From Candidatus Heimdallarchaeum endolithica (lineage in GTDB: Archaea > Asgardarchaeota > Heimdallarchaeia > Heimdallarchaeales > Heimdallarchaeaceae), in the NCBI GenBank assembly GCA_021513715.1, contig CP084167.1, forward strand, positions 2,400,001-2,464,000: 64,000 bases of DNA, given 5' to 3'. Made by a program: the position numbers and the translations under genes. The number at the start of each line of letters is the position of its first letter. Position 1 is the stretch's first letter. This document shows, one piece after another, positions 6,758 through 18,500 of the stretch. The notes beneath the pieces are model-generated. The model made no database searches. It was not told where the DNA came from and saw only the letters and a list, made by a program, of their open reading frames with translations.

Positions 6758-9589
6758 ATGAAAAAGCAAACAATAATTGTTTTCTGTATTATCTCCTTGT
6801 TTTTAATCTCTGGATTAAAAGCGCAAGAAGTAATAAAAACTGATTGTGAAAAATGCAATGAAACACAACTAATAGAAGAAGGTGCGATAGTAGCTGTTAA
6901 ATGTTTAGATAAAACTGTCGATGGAGCAGAAATTGTAAATAAATACAGTAATTTAGGTTTACAGATTTGCAATGTAACTAATCATGATTTGTTTCAGGAA
7001 TTTATTAAAAAGAATAATTTAGTTTATTCTGTAGTTAACACGAAGATAAAAATGAAATCTGCTATGCTTTCGGCTCAAAAGCAGATTGGTTTAGGGTATA
7101 AAGAAGAAGATAATATTCTTCCTGATCCAAATACAACAGTAGCAATATTAGATACTGGAATTGATCTTACTCATAACTACTTCAATAGTTCTCAACTTCT
7201 TCATTGGAAAGACTTTGTTGGTTCTTCAGTGGAAGAAGGACATGATATTTATCTTTCACCTACTGATATTAATGGTCACGGAACAGCAATTGCATCTATT
7301 ATTGCTGGAAACTGTACTGTAAATAATAGTATATTAAAATTCGAGAAAAATGTCACAAAAGGGACTTTAAAATTTGTTTCATATCTTGAAGAAACAAATA
7401 ATGAATTTTTAACCGTTAACGTTAGTTGGTCATCTAATAACAACATTAGTGTGGGTATCTACGACTTAGCAGAAGAGAAGATACGATATTCCTCTGAAAC
7501 TTGTTCAAATGGTTCTTTTGTTTGGAATCGGAGGATATACAATTCAGCGAGAGAGTATCTTATCTTCTATGTAGCAAATGAGGAAGGAGAAAATGTAGTA
7601 GAGGTAAGAGGAGAGTTATCTTTCCCCACACTTAATACTTTCAAGGGAGTAGTTCCTGGAGCAAATATAGTTGTATTAAAAGTTTTAGATGATCAAGGTT
7701 ATGGAAATGTGACTACGCTCTTAGAAGCTTTGGATTATCTATTGACTATAAAAGAAGAATATAACATCAAACTAGTCAATTTGTCTTTAGGTTTTAGTGA
7801 GAGAATAGTAGCGGTAGATGATGCAGTTACAGCAATAGTAGAGGAAGGGATTTTTCCTGTCGTTGCTGCGGGAAATGGAGGAACATCGGGAGAAGTCTAT
7901 TCTCCAGGGAGTAATGATTATGCTTTAACTGTTGGAGCAGTAAATGAGAGAGCAGAAGTAGCTTATTACAGCAGTCAAGGATGTGATTGCCCAACTAGAC
8001 AGATTAAACCAGATGTTTTAGCTCCTGGGGGATCATTCGGAATGGCTTTTCGTCCCATAATTGTGGCAAAAAGTGGAACATATAACGAAGTCAAACAAGT
8101 GAAAGGAACAAGTTTTGCTACTGCATTTATGACTGGAATGGTCTACAGAAAAGTGATAGAAGAAAAATGGGAATATAATAAAGAAAATGTACGAAAAGTG
8201 AAATATCTTATTCTTATGAGTACATACCAATCAAGAGCAAATAACTATAACGGAGACAATGATGGAATAGCACAAGAACCCGATTTAACAATTTACGCAA
8301 AAGACAGAGTAGAAGGATGGGGTATATATGGCTATGCTCCAGTTGTAAACTATACTTTTTCAGAAAGCGAAAAATCTTACTCTGATGCAAAATATTTATC
8401 ACCTATACACATTAACCATTATGATGATTTTGAGTATCAAAGAATTTACGTTGCTGAATTATGGACACCTAAAAATACTACAGGAAGCTATAGAATAGAA
8501 TCTCAAACTAATGGATTTGTATCAAATTCTACTGATTATACTCCTCATCTTGAAAATTGGACTTTTGTTCCTAAATTATCTAATTCTTCAGATGAGTACG
8601 GAAATCCAATTTTCTTTACTCCAGAATTCGCTGAAAGGGAAGATTTAATTTACTTTAATTTAAGTCCTGGTAGCCATTACTACTTTGTAGTTGCAATTAA
8701 TAGATACTTAGATTTAGAACCTTATAAGAGTCTGGGTAATTTTTGCCTTGATACATTTGAAAAAGGAATGCTAATTTCAAATTATTTTATTTATAAAACT
8801 TGGTATGATATTCATCCTAAAGTAATTCTAGAAAATAATACTGTTTATTTTGATGAGGTTGTAAGAGGAAAAATCGAATACCCTCAATATACGAAAATGA
8901 TTAGATTTGAGATGAATGGAATAGATTGCTTGAATTACTTTAATGCTACAACTCATGAGTTCGAAATATATGGATTAAGTGAAGGATCATATCAATTGGA
9001 GTATATTCTTGAATTAGGAAAAACGAGAAAAATTTTCTGGTTTCCTGGGATATATGTAGATAAAAGCCCACCAAAACAATTTTTCTCATTTATTGATAAT
9101 TGCACTATAAAAGAGAATACTACCTATGGTTTTACAACAAAAGATTATTCTCCAACCAACATTACTATCTATATTGACGGGAAAAATTTTGGTTCAAAAA
9201 TTCTGGATCCAGGTTTTGATACAATAAGCATTACAATAAAACCGAAGGAATTACCTTATGGTTATCACAATCTCACAATATTCGCTGTAGATTTATTTAA
9301 TAGAACATTATTTGTCAATTATACTTTTGTAACTTTAGAAAATTACGAAGAACCTACTGAACCTACTGAACCTACTGAACCCACAGAGCCTACTGAACCC
9401 ACAGAGCCTACTGAACCTACAGAGCCTACAGAGCCCACTGAACCTACTGAACCTACTGAACCTACAGAACCTACTGAACCCAATAATTTTGGGAAATACC
9501 CATCGATGAAATATTTAATAGGTGCAAGTGTAATAATCGCATTTCTTGCTGCAGGGTTTATTTTGATATACAAGCGTTATGGAGGTTAA
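6758..9589 (+). CDS. Membrane-anchored S8 (subtilisin-like) serine peptidase
   Basis: Signal peptide; catalytic ILDTGID, HGTAIAS and GTSFATA motifs; oxyanion AAGN; EPT linker; C-terminal TM helix with a basic tail (YKRYGG). Confidence 0.93.
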   Translation: MKKQTIIVFCIISLFLISGLKAQEVIKTDCEKCNETQLIEEGAIVAVKCLDKTVDGAEIVNKYSNLGLQICNVTNHDLFQEFIKKNNLVYSVVNTKIKMKSAMLSAQKQIGLGYKEEDNILPDPNTTVAILDTGIDLTHNYFNSSQLLHWKDFVGSSVEEGHDIYLSPTDINGHGTAIASIIAGNCTVNNSILKFEKNVTKGTLKFVSYLEETNNEFLTVNVSWSSNNNISVGIYDLAEEKIRYSSETCSNGSFVWNRRIYNSAREYLIFYVANEEGENVVEVRGELSFPTLNTFKGVVPGANIVVLKVLDDQGYGNVTTLLEALDYLLTIKEEYNIKLVNLSLGFSERIVAVDDAVTAIVEEGIFPVVAAGNGGTSGEVYSPGSNDYALTVGAVNERAEVAYYSSQGCDCPTRQIKPDVLAPGGSFGMAFRPIIVAKSGTYNEVKQVKGTSFATAFMTGMVYRKVIEEKWEYNKENVRKVKYLILMSTYQSRANNYNGDNDGIAQEPDLTIYAKDRVEGWGIYGYAPVVNYTFSESEKSYSDAKYLSPIHINHYDDFEYQRIYVAELWTPKNTTGSYRIESQTNGFVSNSTDYTPHLENWTFVPKLSNSSDEYGNPIFFTPEFAEREDLIYFNLSPGSHYYFVVAINRYLDLEPYKSLGNFCLDTFEKGMLISNYFIYKTWYDIHPKVILENNTVYFDEVVRGKIEYPQYTKMIRFEMNGIDCLNYFNATTHEFEIYGLSEGSYQLEYILELGKTRKIFWFPGIYVDKSPPKQFFSFIDNCTIKENTTYGFTTKDYSPTNITIYIDGKNFGSKILDPGFDTISITIKPKELPYGYHNLTIFAVDLFNRTLFVNYTFVTLENYEEPTEPTEPTEPTEPTEPTEPTEPTEPTEPTEPTEPTEPTEPTEPNNFGKYPSMKYLIGASVIIAFLAAGFILIYKRYGG
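9350..9481 (+). repeat. 9-bp coding tandem repeat, (EPT)x14 + EP
   Basis: GARCCYACW units with synonymous variation. Confidence 0.95.
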
Positions 9590-9595
9590 TAAAAA

Positions 9596-12500
9596 ATGTT
9601 CAATAAAAAATATAGTTTAGTTAAATATTTTTCTTTAATATTTTTAACTTTAATTTTCGTTCAATCATTATCAAATTCTGCGTTAATAAAAGTACAAGGT
9701 GATACCAATAATACGATACAAATTAAAAATTTATTTCGTTCTCATGAAAATGTATTAGGGGGAATAGAGTTTTCTGTTTACTGTCAAGTAGAAACTAATG
9801 GGTCAAATATAGTTAAGGAGGTTTTGCTTAGATATACAGAAGATGGAGAAAACCATACAACAAGAATGTATTCTAATTTCTACAGCTATTATGTAGGTGT
9901 TGTCCCTGGACAAGAAATCAATAGTTCTATAACTTACTGGGTAGAAGCTAAAGATAATGAAAATAATACTGCAAAAAGCATTATTGTAGGGCCTTTAACT
10001 GTTTTTGATGGAAATTTACCTCTTATAGGCGATATAATACAAAACCCAGTTGTACCTACAAATTTGGACACAATAAACATAACAACATGGGTTACCGACA
10101 ACGTAGGAGTGAAGGATGTAAAAATTGAATATTGGATCAATAATCAAGTTACTTCAAATATTATATTAATGAACAACGATGGAGGTGCAAAATATGTGGG
10201 AAGTTTACCTACATGTGAAATTGGAACAAAAATTGTTTATCGTATTGTTGCTGTGGATACATCTCCATTACAAAATACAAAATATTCAGAAAATAGAACA
10301 GTGTATATTACAGATGGTGTTCATCCATATATTGTCTTTTATGAAAGTGACCCAAATGAACCAAATGCAAGTCAAGAATTTTACTTAATCGCAGAAGCAT
10401 GGGACTCTACAGGAATAGATAAAGTAAATGTTGAAGTAACATATAGTTATAATTCTATTCCAATAATTTATGAGATGGAAAACATTCCAGACACAAATTT
10501 ATACCAGAAGAAGATAGTGGGACAGCCTGAAAATACTAATATCACATTCTTTTTCACTGCAATAGATTCTTCTTCAGAACATTTGAATTCATCTACACCA
10601 ACTTATTCAATAGTAATTCATGACAATGTAAAACCAATAATAACTAACGTTGTACATGAGATTCCAACTTACTTACCCAATTATTACATTGAAATTAATG
10701 CTACAATCACTGATGTATCAGAGATAGGGCGAGCAACGATTTTCTACACTTATGATAATGGAGAAAATATTACTTTGCGGGGAAGTAATATGGTAAGATA
10801 TGCCAATACCAGCGTTTTTCATGCAGGAATTGAAACACAAACCGCTGGAACAGTATGTACATATTGGATAGATGTGGAAGACATTCATCAAAATAGACAA
10901 GTTACAGAGAATTATAGTTTAACTTTTATAGATGGTATCCCACCAAAAATAGATAATGTAAATATATCACCAATAAATTCTACAACAATATTAGATAATA
11001 CAACCGTACAAGTTAACTGTTCTGTTACAGATGAAAATAACGTGACAGTAAAATTAGAAGTGAAAATAGTAGATTATTATGGGTTTGAAATAGAAACAAA
11101 AACATTTGATATGATTGAAAAAGAAGAAAACATTTTCGAATACAATATTACAGCTACAAATGCTACAAATACAGTTTACTGGACAATAATAGCTACAGAT
11201 GATTCACTTACCAATAATACTGCTTGCTATTCAAGTCATTATGTGGTAGTAGATCAAGGTTTACCACAAATATTATTGTGTGATACTGAACCAAATGACA
11301 ATAGTGATACTCAAAGTATTTACCTTAAATTAGTTGATGATGGTAAAATAAAAAATATAAGAGTTAGACCAGGTATATCTGATGGTTTATTCACTACATG
11401 GTATAACCCCACTTATTATGCTCCAGAGTTATCTGATTCATATTGGGAAGGAACAATCACTACTCATTTGAATCTTTACGGGTTAACAAATTACTACTTC
11501 AAAATAGAAGTAACAGTTTATGATGTATGGGATAATTCCTTTACAGATACATACATATTTCTAATTGAAGATAAAACTCCTCCACAAATAAATATTGTTG
11601 ATTATCCTGAAACATTAAACGAAAATGAAGATTTTAACATAACTTTACAAATTGTGGATAACTCCTCTTATACAGCTTGGCTTTTATATCAAGTAAACTA
11701 TGGAGAAGAATATATTGCTCCAATTATTGATACTAATGGAAATTTAACAGGAACTATTTCTTCTTCTAGTTATGATTTTAGTCAAATTTTGTTAATATAT
11801 ATTTGTGCAGAAGATGAGAAAGGAAATAAAATTCAAATAGAAAATCCATTAACCTACGTCATTACTGATGGAAATCCACCTTATATATCAAATGATACAA
11901 CGCTATTTAGTTATGATAATGTAAAGATAGCCTACAATTCTACATTAACTGTTAGAGCTATTGTTAATGATCCTTCTGGAATTGACTATGTAAAATTACA
12001 TTATCGTTATGCTGATGGCAATGAAGGAGAAATAGACATGAATATTGATTTTTATAATCAATATAATTACTCCGTAGAATTTAATATTGACACATTAAAT
12101 TATAGAAACACTAATGTTGAGCTTTGGTTAATTGCGAGAGATAATAGTGGGTGGGTTGTGAACTCTTATGAAAGCAAGGTGTTAGTTTTATTTAGAGATA
12201 TTTTCAGTCCTTCTGGAAAAATTTTGGATTCTTTGGAATATATAGAATTAAAGAATGAAAATATTTCAGTTACTGCTCAATTTAAGGATGATACTTATAT
12301 AAACATCAATTCTATTAAAATGGAAGTAAAATATTTTTCTCTCTCACTTCAAAATATTTCTCTTTCTCGAGTTATTTCTTCCACAGGAGAGAATGATTAT
12401 ATAACTGAATTTGAGATAGATCCTAATCTTTTAGTTCCATATGTTGATCAAAATATATCACTAAGGGTTATTGTTGAAGATAGTCAAGGTAATATTTTTT

Positions 12501-15500
12501 TCTCTCAACCTCTCATACTATTAGTCAAAGATACTACATCACCATGTATTGACGCTGATTCTTGGATATATTCCCCTCTAAATCCAAATGTAGAAAATAA
12601 AGTTTACCTTCCTTCTGTATTTGATGTATCTGGAATAAATGATACATTTACCCTTGTTTATCTTAATTCTTCCGAGAGTGAAACAGAACAATTAAACACG
12701 CTTTATGATTCAAATTTAAGTAGATGGTATGTACTTGTACCTAGTTTTCGTGCTCTTACTTTAATTACTTTAAATGCTACTTTTTCAGATATACATGGTA
12801 ATATTAATGGAGTTTTACTAACAGAAACCATTACAGATTTAGAAGCTCCTGTTATCTACTCTTTGATTACTTCTCCTGAACCATCAGATAACAAGCCAGT
12901 TGAATTTAGTGCAAATGTTTCCGATGATGGTGAAATTTATCTAGTTGAATTAATTGTGGAACAAAACGGAATGAACATCTCATATTTTATGAGTTACAAT
13001 TCATCATTATATGAGACAGATATTAATTTAGACAAGGGAAGCTATAATATTTGGCTAAAAGCTGTAGATATGTGTAATAAAGTATCATATTATTCTTCTA
13101 CTCTGACAGTTATAGATAAGACTCCTCCATCATTAATAAGCGTAAATAGTTATCCCTATGGTTTTCAACCAATTGATAAAAATGATTTTTATTTCATTGT
13201 AGAAGGTACAGATAATGAAGGATTATCTCAAATTATAGTAGAATATACAATTAACTCATCTTCTTACAGACAAATTCAGTCGGTTGCTAATAATTCAGCG
13301 ATTTTCATGATTAACGATACGGAAATACTGCCTTACGACACAATTCTTCTTACAAATATAACTATATTAGATAATGCCGTTTCACCGAATTGTTTAATTA
13401 AAACTACAAACTTACCACAGTGGATAGTAGGTGATAATACTCCTCCTGAAATTTACTCACATACAGATCATAATTTTGACGGTAGTTCAACAAGTGATTT
13501 CTATCTAACAGTATATATTACTGAAAATGATGTTAGAAATCACACTAACATTGATTCAACTATTTATTACAAATATTACAATGATAGCTCTTGGATGAAT
13601 CAATCATTATATTATGGTGGAGAAATTATTGAAGAACAATGTTATTATGAAGTAATGTTAAGTCCACCTTGGAAAGCAGGAACATATGAATATTATATTA
13701 CTGTGTCACTAAATGGAATGACGACACTATATTATAACGAAACAACTCCATTAACTTTTGCAATTGAAGATTTTACTTCTCCAATCATCAAATCTGATAG
13801 CTTGGTACACACTTCTCAAGACGAGCTTCAACCGATTAATAGCAGTAGTGATGAAGATATAAATGATTTTGTAATAAGTTTCATAGTAGTAGAACATGAA
13901 ACAGGGATAGATCTTACAATTGGTGATACTAACACAGGAATAAACGTTTTGCTTAGTTTGGATAGTGGTTCTAGTTGGACAAAATATGGGGAAGTAACTA
14001 ATGCACAATTTCTCGGCAATGGAGAATATCAAATTACATATACAATATCAGCAGATGATTTAAGAACATTCATTCACCATGAAACAATTTTATATAAAAT
14101 CAAATTGAAAGATTCTGCTAATAATGAAAAAATCTACACCTCTTTTGAAGGAGATACTTTTTCTTTCAACATAAAAGATTTATATCCACCACAAATTCAA
14201 TGGATACTAATAACAAAAGAAAGCAATCCTTCTCCAAATTATTGGGCTTATGATTTAGAAAATCTACCAGAAGGATATTACCTTGTAGATACAACTTCAA
14301 CACTTAACTATTCAATAACAGGCATTTCTCCCTTATTAGATGAAGGAGATTTTGGATATTCGGATATTATAAAAATTGGTTTGAAAATAAAAGATCATAC
14401 TGCGTTTAATAACCCCCCAGATATCAGAACTTATTTCAATTATGGTACAGAAAATATTAATATAAACAAAACAATATATGGTAACTCTGAATTTTTATTT
14501 TGGGTAGAGTTTGATTTAGCTAATATCGTCGGTTCAAATAACTTCAAATCACATAAAGACACCACTGAAACACCATTTAGGTTGCAATTAAACTATTACT
14601 TTATACTTACTGATTCATATAGCAATGAACTTACAAGTCAAAATTATTCAATCTATCTTTATGATACATATGCACCAAAATTAACTAATGGTTACAATAG
14701 ACCATACTTTACAGACTTAAATGATAATGTACGAGAAGATGAAGGTAAATGTGTATTACCAAATGAGTATAATAAACTTATGTTTTCTTTTGAAGAAGTA
14801 AGTTTAGTAACACAGAACGATATTACAATTCAGTTTTACGATACAAAAGGGGAAATATTCTATTACGAAGTAAACAATAACGAAATTAATTTGGATAATA
14901 ACGGATTTCAATATTCTGTTTCAATTACAATGGATTATAACACTTTTTTAAGTTTTCCTGATGTAAGATTTTGTATAAAGATAGTTATTAGTCCTAATGA
15001 TGGTCTAATATTAGAAAAATATTATTTGTTAGATATAGAAGCTTTAAATGTTTATTATGTTAAAATGGTAGCTAATTATAATGAAATTAATTGGGCAGTG
15101 GATGGAGGAACAGCGATAGCACATGCAGAAACTGGAGATATATATCCTGGTCAACCTTTAAATGAAGTAACTATTACTCTTGGAAACTTAATGTATGAAA
15201 CACATATTGAAGTTTATGCACATTATGAAATGACTGACAAATTTAATCCTACAACTAGTGATATTGTCTCTGTATCTCAGCTACTAAAGAGTTTTATCCA
15301 AACTCCTTCTTCTGATTTAAAATTAACCAAAATAATAAACTCTTGGGATGCTAATCCTGAATATGCGGGTAATATATATCTATTTTTGAAACTTTATTAC
15401 ACGTGGGATATCCCCTCTAATGCTATCTCCTCTTCAGATATAACAGAAGGAAAATGTTACATCTACATTCATCATAATAAAGCTGTGGAAGAAGTAGATT

Positions 15501-18500
15501 TTGCTTCATCCCCTGTTAGTCATGACGAAATTACAGATGAAGATTATAATTCTGGTTCATTTCAAGTAAAACTAACATTAAAGAGTTATTGGACTTTCTT
15601 ACCTACTCTTTTAGAATACTCTACTACGCTTACTTTTGTAGACATTACAGATTCAAGCAATACTTATGATTTTAACATAATTTGTACAATGAGTGCTGAT
15701 ACAGTTTTGCAGTCAAATTTAGAATACACGAACCTATATTACCTCAGTTTAACTTGTATTTTTGAGCTTCAATTAAGTACTATTATTGATAATTTAAAAC
15801 CTGGAATTTATTCTCTGAAACTCTTAGCAGGAAACATTTTAACAGAGAAGGTCGAGATTGATACAAATAATGATGAAACAGTAGACAAAACGTTTCCTCA
15901 AAACATTGTGTGCAGTATACAAGTTACTTACTCTGATAACAATCCTCCATCTTTAAGGGAAGATCCAGAATTTGGTTTAACACAAACCTATGAGTATGAC
16001 GAGCAAGATATAAAGAGTACATCTTTTAAAATTTTAGCTGCTGATGGTTATTTAGGTCTTCAAACACCCAGATTTTATTGGAGAAAAATAGGATCTACAA
16101 GTTGGAATGAAGCAACACTCACATATTCAAACGATTTTGGAAATGAAAAAAGATATTATGCTATCCTTTACGACCAAGATTTAGGCACGGAGGGTATAGA
16201 ATACTTTTTCACAATCGAAGATGAAAGTTGGAAAACTATTTTTGGCCGGCTAGAGGATAACAATTGGAACCCAGGAATGAAATACGGTTTCAAAAACACA
16301 CCAGACGAGCCTAGTATAAGTGATAGCGACATAAAGCCTTTGCTCTCCTTTCCAATACTGCCGAACGACCAAAATCTCAAACTTTCATATGTTGGTTGTT
16401 CTCCAAGTTCTAATACTTTGTCTTCTAATGATGGAGTAACGATTACTCTGCAATTTGACAATCTTATAGGCGATTTTACTGAAAGTGCACTATTTATAAC
16501 ATCTGACGTTAATAAGAAGTTTGAAACAGATAATACACTATATATTCGAATTAAATATTGGGATCATGATTCATACGTCTATCTTCGATCAGAAACTTCG
16601 GATATAATAAATTACAACTATATCAATAAACATTCACTACAATTAACAGTAAGATTACATGATAATATATGGAATAGTATAAGCGATACAGCAAAAGAAT
16701 TCAAATATTATATTAACTCTCACTATCATTTCAAATTTGATGAATTTGATTTTAATTATGATTATGAAACAGAGAAAGGAACAAGTAGCCAATATGGTAA
16801 CTGGCAGAAAATCACAGTAGTAGATGATGTTGCTCCCAAAATAACGGATGTCTTTATTTATGATTCTAACAATGAACATTCTATAGATGAAACATATAAA
16901 ATCTGTGCTTCAGCAGAAAATTCAAACACAGGTTGGCACGTATATGAAGCATCATCATTTGAACTTCAAGTATATATGAATAAGGAGGGAACAATAAAAA
17001 CTATAGATCTAGTTGGAAATGATTATTCTGCTTATTATGCAGTATATGAAATTAAATTTAGTGATTATTATTCTGATCTTAGTTCAGGCGATACTATCTA
17101 TCTACAAATTATCGCTTGGCATAGTAATAACGATAATATGAAAGGATTTTCAGCGACAACAAGCATATCTTTTACTGATACACATCAAACTTCATTAATT
17201 AGTTCTTATAGCGTTAATCCTTATGATAGTAATGATAAAAAGGACTTAAGGTATTATTCTCATACAATAAGTTTATCCTCTACAATAAACTCTAACCATC
17301 AATTTATTGTAACTCTGGAAGATCTTGATACAGATAACACAGCATTGAGTTGTACTATAGATGTAACATTTATTCCATATACAGTAACGAATTCCTATTA
17401 TTATAAATATACATATGGTGTCTCTGCTTCCTCCATTGACACTTCTACTGCACATAGAGCTGTATTCACTTTCGATATTACACCAAGTATGAGAGTAATG
17501 AACCATAATCCTGTGGCTACTGGTTCAGGTAGGTGGGCAGGAAATATTAAGATTACAATAGATTATGGTAAAAATTTAGAAAATACAAAAGTATGTGGGA
17601 AAAATATAATTTATGAAGATTATAACTCTCCTTACTTCTATTCATCTTCTTTAGATTTATCTTCAGGAAACATGGGTAGTCAAGTCCGTTTTACTTTAAA
17701 ATATCGAAAGTGGTCTCCACCCAAATACATGACTACACTAACTAACCACTTAGTGAAAATGCAATATAAGTATGGTTCAACATGGGTTGATTTGACATGT
17801 ACAAGAATGGAAGTTCATTCTGGGGGGTCAACGGGAAGGTCATATTGGTATATTTATTTTGATATGGATGTAAAATATAGTTACGCTCCAGATAGAACAA
17901 TGTATTATCGTTATAAGATTGTTTCACAAGACCAATCTAGTACTTATTATTCTTCAAGCAAGTATTTCACTTGGAAAGATGTTACAAATCCAACAATATC
18001 AACAGTTAGTTTCGCAGGCGATGGAGACCCCATGGTCAGTCAACGCATAAATACTAGAGTAAAGGATAATTATTATGTAAGCAATGTATATATTCAATAC
18101 TATTGGAGTGGACACGGTTCCAGTAGTAGTCCCTACTCTACAACTGCATCAAAATATTCTGGAAGTAGAACAGATGGATGGTGGAAGGCGTTCATACCAG
18201 GTACTACTCCCAATAAAAATGTGTATGTATACTATAGAGTAAAGGCAAAAGATAGTTCTGGAAGAACAACTTATAGTTCATGGAAAAGTTACCATTCATA
18301 TAGTTCTGGACCAATTTTTGGATTACTACTTTCTCATGCAGTTAATCAGCAAGAAGAACGTACATATTCTAATGAAACGAATTCTGTTGAAAAAATGTTA
18401 CCTATTTATTCTTCATATATTTACGATCATAATGGAATTATTTTAACTCTCGGCACAGGAGGAATAATGGCAAATGGACAACTTGGTTTATATCTTCACA

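Noticed and set aside
9343-9573. GSV-repeat ORF on the - strand (likewise the GSGF ORF at 48832-49278)
   Set aside because: Antisense shadows of the EPT and PEPK coding repeats.
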